Shown: positions 42,496 through 51,543, counted from the first letter of the stretch. The stretch: DNA of 64,000 nucleotides from an uncultured Solibacteraceae bacterium (GCA_964434895.1 CAYSXG010000001.1:1701-65700); one strand, 5' to 3'. Program-made: numbers and translations. The notes: generated by a model not told the origin, from the letters alone.

Positions 42496-43941
42496 TTAGT
42501 TGAAGGGCTTCCAGGCAGCGTTGGACGGCAGGACGTTCCGGATGACGCCGTGCTTGCGGGCATCGGGCACCCGCAGGGCACCGAGCAGCATCACCAGCCA
42601 GTTCAGGGAGGCGTCCGTCTGGGCCAGGGGGAACTGGGTCAGCGGCAGCATCTGAAGCCAGGTCATCGCGTTCAGGTTGGGGGCGGAGGTCAGCATGAAG
42701 ACCTCGGAAGTGCCCGGGATGGTGGTGTTCAGGTCGCGCCAGACGGTGGTGCCGCCGGTCTTGGCCACGCGGGCCACCAGGCGCATGTCGGAGGCGGCAT
42801 TGGTGCCACCCAGACGGCCGCGGTAGATCGCGTAGTAGGTTTCGGTACCCCCGGCCGTGATGGTCACGTCGATGGCGCCGCCCGCAGCGACCGTTGCGGC
42901 CGAGACCGTGACGGCGGTGGGGGACACCTGGCCGGCAGACCAGGCCTCCACGCGGTAGTAGTAGGCACCGGCCTGGGCGTTGATCCAGGAGGAGTTCGCC
43001 ACGGTGGGGGCGACGGCCGCGCAGGCCACGGTGGGGGCGGTCAGGGTGGGCGCGTTGGGGTTCGTCACCTCGACGGGGACCTTGTTCTCTTCCACGTAGG
43101 CGTGGGGGATGATCTCGGCGTAGCCCTGGCCGATGCCAACGGCGCTGTAGTTGAAGCCCTTGACCGGGACGCCAGTGACCGTGTTGGGAACGGCGGTGTC
43201 CAGGTTCACGCGGTAGCCGCTGATGAGGCTCTTATCCAGGTCGTACTTGACGTTGGAGCTGGTGTAGAGGAGATCGGGCTTGCCGAACTGGGGGCGCTTG
43301 GCGATGCGCTGGGCGAGGTCCGCGAGCTGCGTGTGGTCGCTGAAGGTCGTGCCCTTCATGTCGATCACGTTTCCGGCGGCGCCGTTCTGGATCAGGGCCT
43401 GGAGGCCGTTGATCTCATAGGTGCTCACGGTGCGGTCGCCGTAGAAGAGGCCCCACTCGATGGTTTCCAGAAGGGTCAGGGCGGCGTTGACGTTCTCCTC
43501 GGAGACCGTGGAGAAATTGGTGGCGCCAGCGCGGTTCTGGAGAACGCCCTGGAGGGCCGTCACCAGGGACACGGAGCGCCGGTCCATGAAGACGCCGAGC
43601 TCCGTCAGCAGGCGCTGATAGTCGCCCTGGCGGTCGGGGCGGCCGGTGCCCTGTTCCGTGGAGAAGGCGCTGCCGGGGAAGCCGCCGATGCCCTTCTTGA
43701 TGATCTGCTGGTCCAGCATGGAGAAGCTGTCCCGCTTGTGGGGCAGCAGGCGGTTGAAGAGGTCGAAGTGCTTGTTCTCGACCGTGACCGAAAAAAGCAC
43801 GGGGTCGAGGTTTTCGACACGGAGCGCACCAGCGCCAGTGAGAGCGGAGAGGTCGGTCCCGGCGCCCTTCGTTCCAGTCAGCGACTTGACGATTTCACGC
43901 GCAGGGCCGCCAAGGGCGGAAAGGATTTCGAGGGGATCCAC
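42496..43941 (-). CDS. Major capsid protein (HK97-fold type, with an Ig/FN3-like insertion)
   Basis: 481 aa, following the protease and scaffold genes. It contains an inserted beta-sandwich-like segment (YYYRVEAWSAGQVSPTAVTVSAATVAAGGAIDVTITAGGTETYYAIYRG). Confidence 0.65.
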   Translation of the reverse strand: MDPLEILSALGGPAREIVKSLTGTKGAGTDLSALTGAGALRVENLDPVLFSVTVENKHFDLFNRLLPHKRDSFSMLDQQIIKKGIGGFPGSAFSTEQGTGRPDRQGDYQRLLTELGVFMDRRSVSLVTALQGVLQNRAGATNFSTVSEENVNAALTLLETIEWGLFYGDRTVSTYEINGLQALIQNGAAGNVIDMKGTTFSDHTQLADLAQRIAKRPQFGKPDLLYTSSNVKYDLDKSLISGYRVNLDTAVPNTVTGVPVKGFNYSAVGIGQGYAEIIPHAYVEENKVPVEVTNPNAPTLTAPTVACAAVAPTVANSSWINAQAGAYYYRVEAWSAGQVSPTAVTVSAATVAAGGAIDVTITAGGTETYYAIYRGRLGGTNAASDMRLVARVAKTGGTTVWRDLNTTIPGTSEVFMLTSAPNLNAMTWLQMLPLTQFPLAQTDASLNWLVMLLGALRVPDARKHGVIRNVLPSNAAWKPFN

Positions 43942-44002
43942 GGGTTTCTCCTTTGAGGTTCCGGACGATTCCGGGCTGGGGTGGATGCGGGGTTGAGGAG
44001 CC

Positions 44003-44770
44003 TCAGTCAGCGGCTCGCTGGCAGAGGAGGGCGACTTCGAGGGAGGAGAGCTTTCCGCTCTCCGCCAGGGCCTGGACCTGGGCGCGGCTCAGCGGCGCGT
44101 CCGCGCCATCGGAGCCCAGGGCCTTGGTGATTGCGCGGGGGGCGGCGGAAGCCGGCACGGTCTCGTGGAGCTTGTCGAACCGGGACTGAAGCGTGGCGTT
44201 GTCAGCCAGGGCCTTCTTGAGCTCGCGGCCCTGACCCTTGAAACCCGCCTCCAGCTCGGCCACGGTCTGGGTCAGCTTGGCGATGATGTTGTTCTGGCTC
44301 TTCAGCTCCTGGAGGAGTTCCAGGAAGAGGGCGTTCATGTCGGGTTCGGTGATGTCCTCCAGGGTGTCCGTGGGCTCCATATGGCCCACCTCGGCGAGGC
44401 CCTTCTTGATCTCGCGTCCCTCGTCGTCACCTTCGTCGTCGGCGGATTCTTTGTCCGGCTTGGACTCGGCCGCAGCGTCATCACCACCGAATTCCTCGGG
44501 GTCCATGTCCTTGTGGCCGAACTCGTTGAAGTCGTCGCCCTGGTCCGCGTCAGCACCGGCGTCATCCCCGGATTCCTTGGCCTTGTCCAAATCCTCGGAG
44601 GTCGGCGAAGCGTCGCCCACACGGGAGTCGAGGCGGTCGGGATCGGCCGGGGGCTCCGGGACGGGATTCTTCTTCTGGTCCTCGGCCTGGTCCTTGCCCT
44701 CGCCCTTCGCCTCACCCTCGTTGAGGGACTTGAGGATGGAGCGGGCCTTTTCGGCGAGATTGGCGAACAT
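44003..44770 (-). CDS. Scaffolding protein
   Basis: 255 aa, highly acidic and helical, lying between the protease and the capsid gene. Confidence 0.6.
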   Translation of the reverse strand: MFANLAEKARSILKSLNEGEAKGEGKDQAEDQKKNPVPEPPADPDRLDSRVGDASPTSEDLDKAKESGDDAGADADQGDDFNEFGHKDMDPEEFGGDDAAAESKPDKESADDEGDDEGREIKKGLAEVGHMEPTDTLEDITEPDMNALFLELLQELKSQNNIIAKLTQTVAELEAGFKGQGRELKKALADNATLQSRFDKLHETVPASAAPRAITKALGSDGADAPLSRAQVQALAESGKLSSLEVALLCQRAAD

Positions 44771-44778
44771 CGAGCCTC

Positions 44779-45648
44779 CTAAGCGGCGGCGCCCAACAGG
44801 GCGAGCAGGACCGCGAACGTGTGGTTCTGGGGGACGCCCTGGGCCTGCATGGCCTCAAAGAGGGCGGAAGGGGACGCAATCCGGCCTTCGGCGAGGGCCT
44901 CCAGAACGGACTGGACGGTTTGCGCGTTGAGGTCGCCGGGCAGGTCCGACTGGGCCAGTTGGGAGCCGCGAAGGTCGCGCAGCACGGCGGCCAGACCTTG
45001 GGCACTACCGAGGGCCTTAGCGAAGGTGCGAAGCGGGAGGGTGGTGAGCGCGGGCACATCCGGGTTCACCGGCGTCCGGGATAGCCCCACGCTCTGCCAG
45101 AGCAGGCCACCGATTTCCGTGGTGGGCAGGCCCGATGGGTCCACCACGCCGGCCTCGTTCGTGACCATGCCGTGGACGGAGGGATACCAAAGCACCGGCG
45201 GCGCCGTATGCAGACTGTCCCAGAACAGGTCCGCCGCTTCGGTCCAGCGATTGCCGTCCTGCGCGGAGGAGAAGATGGCGGCCTTCACCATGACGGAATC
45301 GCCCTCGGGGCGGGCGTCCAGGGGGCGACCAATTTCCCAGGCGTAGGGGTCCACGCGCTGCCCGCGAATCTGGCCGATCACCGAGGCATGGTCCAGGTCG
45401 ATGCGGCCGTGGCGGAGGAAGTAGGGAATGGACCCAATGAGGGCCCGCGCCAGGATCCGCTCACCCTGCACATCACGGGACTGGGTGGAGGCCTGGAAGT
45501 AGACGCAGCGGACGCCACCTTCAACGTGGGGCGTCGCCTTCATCAGCAGGCGGCCCGTCTCCACCCGGAAGGGGATGCCAGGCTGATCCGCACCGCTGGC
45601 CAGGGCCATGAGGCCGACCGCCGCGGCTGTGGTGAGGGGACTCGCCAT
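44779..45648 (-). CDS. Prohead maturation protease (HK97/S78-like)
   Basis: 289 aa. DVQGERILARAL...HGRIDLDHAS..VIGQI and LWQSVGLSRTPVNPDVPAL match the His and Ser regions of the family by eye. Confidence 0.6.
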   Translation of the reverse strand: MASPLTTAAAVGLMALASGADQPGIPFRVETGRLLMKATPHVEGGVRCVYFQASTQSRDVQGERILARALIGSIPYFLRHGRIDLDHASVIGQIRGQRVDPYAWEIGRPLDARPEGDSVMVKAAIFSSAQDGNRWTEAADLFWDSLHTAPPVLWYPSVHGMVTNEAGVVDPSGLPTTEIGGLLWQSVGLSRTPVNPDVPALTTLPLRTFAKALGSAQGLAAVLRDLRGSQLAQSDLPGDLNAQTVQSVLEALAEGRIASPSALFEAMQAQGVPQNHTFAVLLALLGAAA

Positions 45649-45775
45649 GGGGCGAGAGTCAGCCGATTCAAAGCCCCCGTGCCGAGCCGTCCCGCGCCAT
45701 TACGCGATGACGCGAGGCGCCGGGAAATGGGGCCGGAGCACCCGGGGACGCTGGACAGGCAAGAGGAGCGACCGC

Positions 45776-48700
45776 GTGACGCACATCAAGGCCTTCTACC
45801 GCAAAGTCAACGGCCGGGTGGTCTATGTGTCGGATCACGATGACAAGCGGACCACCGCGACTCTTCATCAAGCCGCGAGCACGCGCACCCCCAAGGCGCA
45901 CCCTCCGAAGGCCCTTCGCCATGGGATCACGCCTGGATCACACCGGGACGGAAGCCACTTCCTCCGGGCTGGCAGCCGAGAGGGCGCCGAAGCCATCCAG
46001 GAAGCCGCCCGAAAGCACGGGATCTCCCTCTCCCACCGCAAATCCCCGGCCATCCACCAGGGACAGCGCGACGTCTTCAGCCACTTCCATCACGCGGATC
46101 TTAAGGCCATCAAGGCGGTCCACACGGAACTCCAGACCCAGCAGATCCAGAAGGACTCGAATGAGGTCTTCGGGGACCAGGAGAAGGCCCGAAAGGCCTA
46201 CGAGGCCCATCCGGAGAGCAAGGGCGGGAAAAAGATCGACGTGGACGAGGCCCGTGAGCTGGTCCCCAGCTACCGGGAGAACCGGACCCTCGGGGCAGCG
46301 ATTGTCCACGCCGACGCCTCGAAGTTCGCCAAGGAGCAGTTCGAGCACCGGATGGCCATGCCCAAGCAGGAGCGGAACGAGGTTGTGGCCTTCATGGCCG
46401 GCGGCGGAGGCTCAGGCAAGGGCACGGCCGCAGACAAGTTCCAACTTGAGGACGCCGCTCATACCATCGTGGACGGCGCCTTTTCCAACTTCGAGAAGGC
46501 CAAGGCTCAGATCGAGCGGGCCCGCGCCTCGAAGAGAAGGGTGGAAATCAATTTCGTGTACCGGCCGATTGAGAAGGCCGTGGCCGGGATGGTGGGCCGG
46601 GCCCACGGAACGGGGCGCATCGTTCCCCTGGACGTGCTGGCCGAGGCGCACCGGGGCGCCCACGAAACCATCCGCAAGCTCATCGAGCACTACGGCGAAT
46701 CGAACCCCATGGTCCGCATCCGCATCTTCGACAACAGTGGGGACAGCATCCATGACGTGACCGCCGTGCCGCGCCAGGACATGCTCAAGTTCCTCGACAA
46801 AACCGCCTACGACGACACCATTGCGGATCGCGTCGCCGGGGCCTATCGTGAGGTTAGGGAGAAAGGCTATGAGCACAAAGGACAACGACATCAAACTGAA
46901 TCCCGAATCACCGATCACCTCGACCGAGGATTGCGAGCCCTGGACGGACGAGGAATTCGACACCCGCACGGAGCAGCTACTGGGCATCCTTCGGGGGACG
47001 AAGGCGGCAACCAAGCACGACGCCCCAGAGACGAAGGCGAGCTAGACCCGAAGAAGCCCGGGAGGGGCATCGCCAAGGCCCTCCGCGAGATCTTCAAGGC
47101 TCATATCAAGGGCCACATTCGCGTGATCGACGGCAAGACCGTCTGGATCGCCGCGCACGAGGACAAGCGCCAGGGCCGAGAGGCCCGGCTGCACGAGCGC
47201 ACGGTCAGGGGCGAGACCAGGGGCGGCCTGCACTACCTCCGCGCCAGCGACGCCGACGATGCGGCCACCATCCGGAAGGTTGCCCACCGGGCGGGGATCT
47301 TCCCGGTCGAGCAGAAGGGCAACGCCAACCACCTGGGCCGGGAGGGGAACTACACCCACTTCCATTTCCAGTTCCCGGGGCAGGCCGAGGCCGTACACCA
47401 GGCCCTGCGCGACCAGCAGGAGGCCCCTGAGCCGATTCAGGCCGGGCTATTTGATGAAGTGCCAGAGCAAATCGGTGGCCCCACCGAAATGGTCCCGGCC
47501 GAGCGTGCGGTAGCAGAACCCAAGGAAGACGGCCCCAAGGACAGGGCTCCGCACTGCATGTATCCCTCTCTCGTGGATGACGTGCAGCGGGAAAAAATTG
47601 AACAATGGCACAGGGATGGCGCAGACCCCGCACGAAGGCCCGCTGAGAGGGCTATTTACCTACCTGGAATGTCAAAGGGGAAACTCGACAGACTTCTTCA
47701 AAAAAACACCATGACCCTAGACGAAATTGAGGGCCTCAAGGACTACAAGTATCTAATCCTGGCGCAGCCTAACGATGCTTGGGAAATGGGCTTCATGACC
47801 CGCTACGCAAGCGATCATGGCGATGTATTGGCCCCCAAGAACAAGTTTCTACTTACGAACATTGACGCCAAGCTAGAAGGGGTATCGAACCCTCCGCAAG
47901 AGGGCCCCAAGGAAGGCGACCGCAACGAGGAACGCCTCGTCTTCCATGACGGCCGCTGGCACCGCGATAATCCCGCCCCTTCCGATCCGCCAAGCGTGGA
48001 AACGGATACGGGGGCGCCCGAGCCCGTGCCGGCGCCCCCAGCCTCCGACCCCATCGCCCTCGAAACTCGGCGGGCCCTCCTGGAGCGCATCGACCAGGGG
48101 ACCATCACCCCGGCGGAGCTGGTCCAGGCCTGGGAGGCCTTCCAGGTGGCCAAGCCCGGACTCAAGGCCGAGCTGGATGGCCTCAGCAAGGCCAAGTGCA
48201 TCGAGCGGATCCGCCCCCTCGGATTCAATGTGGACCCCAAGACCAAGATGACCAAGGACAGCATCATCAAGGCCGTCCTGGACCGGATGACCAAGCCCTT
48301 CAACGTCCAGGGCGTGATGAGCTGGTCCCCGTTCTCCGAGACCTACGAGGCCGCCCTGGACCGCGTGGTTCGCGCCACCACCCCCGAGCAGATCGCCACC
48401 CACGCCGCAGAGGTGGCCCAGGCCAAGGAGAACCGCAAGGCCGCGCTGGAGAAGATCCAGAAGGCCATCGAGAACCCGGAGACCCTGGAGGACTTCGAGC
48501 TCCGGGCCAAACAGGAGGCCCCCGATCTCACCGCCGAGCAGCGCCGGCGGTGGGAGGAACTCAAGGCCGACGCCCAGCGCCAGGCCACCGGCGCGAAGGC
48601 TCCCACACCGGCGGCCAGCATGGACGGCCTGGACCTGGAACTCCACGATACAAAGCACACCAAGACCGGCGAGACGCTCCACGTCGTCACCATCAGCCAG

Positions 48701-50155
48701 CGGGTGGACCGCAGCATCTACGAGCAGCTCCTGGCCAAGGCCAAGGGCCTGGGCGGGTGGTACAGCTCCTACCGCGGGAACGGAGCCATCCCGGGCTTCA
48801 CCTTCAAGACCCCAGAGGCCGCCAAGGCATTTATGGGGCAAACCAGCGAGGAGGGCGCCATAGCCCCGGTCCCCGCCGCTGAGGAGCGCCAGGCCGTCCG
48901 CCAGGAGAAGGTGAGCAGCAAGCTCCGGGACATGGCCGAGAAGATGAAGGAACAGGCCGAGGGCTCCCTAGTCCAGGACCGCCGCACCGGCACCCACCGC
49001 CAGGCCCGAATGGCCGCCAGCGCCGAAGCCGTAGCCCATGGCCAGATCGCCATGGCCAACACCATGACCAACCTGGCCGCCGCCATCGAAGAGGGGAAGG
49101 CCAAGCACTTGGCCGGACTCACCACCAGGACCCAGATCGAGACCCTGAACAGCATCCTCAGCCAGGCCATCCGTGAACACCAGAGGGCCCAGGGCCTCAG
49201 CTACGCCCAGAAGCAGGCCGAGGAAGGCCGCGCCGCCAATCAGGAGGACGTGGACCACGCCGAATACCCCTACCCGGAAATCTGGGATCACATCTTCGGG
49301 AACATCACACGGGAAGCCACGCACGTCCCAGGGACAAAACGAGCCCTTGCCCGGCTCGCCACCGCGCTCCATGGCAAGGAGCACATCAAGCTGGACACCC
49401 CGGACCTCATCGAGGCCGGGACCACCCTGGCCCAGAAGATCGGGAACACATCCATCGGGAAGCGCCTCAAGGATCTCCTCACCCGCTACACCCGCCTCCA
49501 GGCCGCCAGGATCCAAAGCCCTGAGCAGCTCCGGGCTGCCCTGCGCGAGTACCTGGTCTACAAGTCCATGGCCCCGGGCGCGGACCCCATCAAGACTGCC
49601 GAGCGCTCCCTCATCGGCGCCAAGATCCCAGGCTACTTCCCAACCCCCTCGGCCCTGGCCCAGGAGGTGGTGGACAAGGCCGACATCGCCCCCGGCATGA
49701 AGATCCTGGAGCCCTCCGCCGGCAAGGGGAGCCTCATCGACGCCATCCACGAGGCCTACGGCAAGGACGCCGTGGAGGTGGAGGCCATCGAGCCCGTCTC
49801 CAGCCTTCGGACCATCCTGGAGGCCAAGGGCCACAAGCTGGTGGGCCGGGACATCATGGAGCATGAGGCCCTGGAAGGGTACGACCGCGTGGTGATGAAC
49901 CCACCCTTCGAGAACGGCCAGGACATGGAACACGTCCGGAAGGCCTTTGAACTCCTGAAGCCAGGCGGCCGCCTGGTGGCCATCACCTCTCCGGCCCCCT
50001 TCTTCCACCAGAGCAAGAAGGCCCAAGCCTTCCGCGAATGGTTCGATAGCCTGGGCGGAGTCCAGGAGAAGAACCCCGACGGCAGTTTCAAGGCGAGCGA
50101 CAACCCCACAGGCGTTGCCACCCACACCCTCATCATCGACAAGCCCGCGGCCTAG
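45776..50155 (+). CDS. Giant polyvalent-type protein: repeated LPD-like modules, Zeta-toxin-like P-loop kinase domain, C-terminal N6-adenine DNA methyltransferase
   Basis: The track ORF is 45608..50155. I prefer GTG 45776 (8 nt after AGGAG), with ATG 45707 as the alternative. Walker A is FMAGGGGSGKGT, near 46391. MTase motif I is ILEPSAGKG (about 49703) and motif IV is NPPF (about 49897). Continuity across 46869..47045 is doubtful. Confidence 0.55.
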   Translation: MTHIKAFYRKVNGRVVYVSDHDDKRTTATLHQAASTRTPKAHPPKALRHGITPGSHRDGSHFLRAGSREGAEAIQEAARKHGISLSHRKSPAIHQGQRDVFSHFHHADLKAIKAVHTELQTQQIQKDSNEVFGDQEKARKAYEAHPESKGGKKIDVDEARELVPSYRENRTLGAAIVHADASKFAKEQFEHRMAMPKQERNEVVAFMAGGGGSGKGTAADKFQLEDAAHTIVDGAFSNFEKAKAQIERARASKRRVEINFVYRPIEKAVAGMVGRAHGTGRIVPLDVLAEAHRGAHETIRKLIEHYGESNPMVRIRIFDNSGDSIHDVTAVPRQDMLKFLDKTAYDDTIADRVAGAYREVREKGYEHKGQRHQTESRITDHLDRGLRALDGRGIRHPHGAATGHPSGDEGGNQARRPRDEGELDPKKPGRGIAKALREIFKAHIKGHIRVIDGKTVWIAAHEDKRQGREARLHERTVRGETRGGLHYLRASDADDAATIRKVAHRAGIFPVEQKGNANHLGREGNYTHFHFQFPGQAEAVHQALRDQQEAPEPIQAGLFDEVPEQIGGPTEMVPAERAVAEPKEDGPKDRAPHCMYPSLVDDVQREKIEQWHRDGADPARRPAERAIYLPGMSKGKLDRLLQKNTMTLDEIEGLKDYKYLILAQPNDAWEMGFMTRYASDHGDVLAPKNKFLLTNIDAKLEGVSNPPQEGPKEGDRNEERLVFHDGRWHRDNPAPSDPPSVETDTGAPEPVPAPPASDPIALETRRALLERIDQGTITPAELVQAWEAFQVAKPGLKAELDGLSKAKCIERIRPLGFNVDPKTKMTKDSIIKAVLDRMTKPFNVQGVMSWSPFSETYEAALDRVVRATTPEQIATHAAEVAQAKENRKAALEKIQKAIENPETLEDFELRAKQEAPDLTAEQRRRWEELKADAQRQATGAKAPTPAASMDGLDLELHDTKHTKTGETLHVVTISQRVDRSIYEQLLAKAKGLGGWYSSYRGNGAIPGFTFKTPEAAKAFMGQTSEEGAIAPVPAAEERQAVRQEKVSSKLRDMAEKMKEQAEGSLVQDRRTGTHRQARMAASAEAVAHGQIAMANTMTNLAAAIEEGKAKHLAGLTTRTQIETLNSILSQAIREHQRAQGLSYAQKQAEEGRAANQEDVDHAEYPYPEIWDHIFGNITREATHVPGTKRALARLATALHGKEHIKLDTPDLIEAGTTLAQKIGNTSIGKRLKDLLTRYTRLQAARIQSPEQLRAALREYLVYKSMAPGADPIKTAERSLIGAKIPGYFPTPSALAQEVVDKADIAPGMKILEPSAGKGSLIDAIHEAYGKDAVEVEAIEPVSSLRTILEAKGHKLVGRDIMEHEALEGYDRVVMNPPFENGQDMEHVRKAFELLKPGGRLVAITSPAPFFHQSKKAQAFREWFDSLGGVQEKNPDGSFKASDNPTGVATHTLIIDKPAA
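46869..47045 (+). CDS. 58-codon +1-frame ORF embedded in the giant ORF (acidic mini-protein, or the ancestral frame)
   Basis: ATG after AGGGAGAAAGG. MSTKDNDIKLNPESPITSTEDCEPWTDEEFDTRTEQLLGILRGTKAATKHDAPETKAS. My hand count of third-position GC is about 80% in this frame and about 50% in the main frame, which has 7 CGA codons here. Confidence 0.4.
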   Translation: MSTKDNDIKLNPESPITSTEDCEPWTDEEFDTRTEQLLGILRGTKAATKHDAPETKAS

Positions 50156-50177
50156 CCGCCACCCTCCAAGGAGCCCC

Positions 50178-51365
50178 ATGACCACCGAAGCCAAAGGCCT
50201 TCCCGGCGAAGAGGCCGCCCTGCACGAGCGGACCGCCTGCGGGGCGCACAAGGACGGGTCCTTCTACCTCCGTGCTTGCGACGAGGAGGACGCGGGCCAC
50301 ATCGAGGCCGCCGGCAAGAAGCATGGCATCAGCATGGAGAAGCGCAGCGCCGAGGCCGAGCACCACGGCCGCAAAGGCGTTTACCCCCACTTCCACAGCA
50401 AGGACGCCGCAGGCCTCAAGAAGGTGCTGGAGAGCCTGAAGCCCGAAGGGGAGGCCCAGGAGGAAGGCACTGACACCCCCACAGATACCCACGATGGCGG
50501 CAAGCACATCCACCTCCACCTTCACGAAGGCGAAGGCCGGGAAGTGAAGAAGAGCCACATCGCCGACTACGCACAGACGCGAGGCGGGAAGTTGGTCCAA
50601 GTTCGCAGCCACGAGCGGCACCCCATCGACCACCAACTCCGGCACATCTTCGAGTCGATCCGAAAGGGCCATCGCGCACGGGCCGAGGGCCGAATCCTGA
50701 CCCACGAGGAGGTCAAAAAGCACCTCTCCCGCTTTGACGAGTCTCCCCGCCAGACCACCGTTGACGAAGCGATTCATGACGCCGAGAAGAAGGACGGTCT
50801 CAGCCACGAGGAGACTGGGGCACGGTACAGCGAGGCGGCCAATCGGGCAGAGGGTCTAAGCCAGGCCAACTACGAAGGGGTGCCCAAGGCCGAGGACGAA
50901 TACGCTGCCCACGAGGCCCATACCGAAGCCGCCAAGCGGGCGCGGGAACACGCCGAGGCCTTGGGGGACGGGAAGGAGCAGCATGGCGGCACCGCGTCCG
51001 ACTACCACAAGGCCGCCGCCGACCATGACAAAGCCGCGGCCTGGCACAAGTACCTGGGTGACGCGAAGATGAAGGGCCGCCCCGTGAAGAAGTCCTTGGA
51101 TCCAGCCCAGGCTGACGCCTTGGCCGAGGTCTTGGGAGCCGCCCAGCGATGGAACGCCGAAAGCAGCAACCCCCGCTCCATCACCAAGGCCCTGGGCGAG
51201 ATGGACGAAGCCCAGAAGGCCTTGGACGCCATCTTTCAGGCCGCCCAGACCGGGCTCGACCACGGCACCGTGCTTGACGCCATCAACCTCGCCACCGGCG
51301 GCGCCGCCAAGTTCCATTCGGCGGTGGACGAACTCCTGAAACAGAAACCAAGCGCCATGCCGTGA
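50178..51365 (+). CDS. His-rich polyvalent-associated protein carrying the third copy of the repeated module
   Basis: ATG after AAGGAG (residue 22 of track ORF 50115..51365). Module sequences are LHERTACGAHKDGSFYLRACDEEDAGHIEAAGKKHGI...YPHFH and KKSHIADYAQTRGGKLVQVRSHERH. Confidence 0.55.
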   Translation: MTTEAKGLPGEEAALHERTACGAHKDGSFYLRACDEEDAGHIEAAGKKHGISMEKRSAEAEHHGRKGVYPHFHSKDAAGLKKVLESLKPEGEAQEEGTDTPTDTHDGGKHIHLHLHEGEGREVKKSHIADYAQTRGGKLVQVRSHERHPIDHQLRHIFESIRKGHRARAEGRILTHEEVKKHLSRFDESPRQTTVDEAIHDAEKKDGLSHEETGARYSEAANRAEGLSQANYEGVPKAEDEYAAHEAHTEAAKRAREHAEALGDGKEQHGGTASDYHKAAADHDKAAAWHKYLGDAKMKGRPVKKSLDPAQADALAEVLGAAQRWNAESSNPRSITKALGEMDEAQKALDAIFQAAQTGLDHGTVLDAINLATGGAAKFHSAVDELLKQKPSAMP

Positions 51366-51385
51366 ACCCAACTGATCCATGAAAT

Positions 51386-51410
51386 GGCCCGGGTTTCCGG
51401 GCCATTTTTG
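51386..51410 (+). terminator. Rho-independent terminator
   Basis: Stem GGCCCGG, loop gttt, stem CCGGGCC, followed by ATTTTTG. It starts 21 nt after the stop at 51365. Confidence 0.7.
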
Positions 51411-51421
51411 CGTCTGAACTA

Positions 51422-51452
51422 CTAATTTTGACTTCTGTTAGAAGCAAATTAG
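51422..51452. promoter_or_regulatory. AT-rich interrupted palindrome upstream of the SNF2 gene
   Basis: CTAATTT-tga-CTTCT-gtt-AGAAG-ca-AAATTAG, read directly. It contains TTGACT. Confidence 0.3.
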
Positions 51453-51543
51453 CAGTTCCACTCCAGCCCCGGGATCCCGCGCCACGAGGTGACGGCAAGG
51501 GCTAGAGACCGTCCACGCTTCCTCCGGCTTCGACCCTGGACCC

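Noticed and set aside
45608-45775. The first 56 codons of the track ORF 45608..50155, which overlap the protease start through a shared CCATGG.
   Set aside because: This stretch overlaps the divergent protease gene and looks like Arg/Gly-rich non-coding translation. A GTG with a good SD at 45776 begins the first repeated module.
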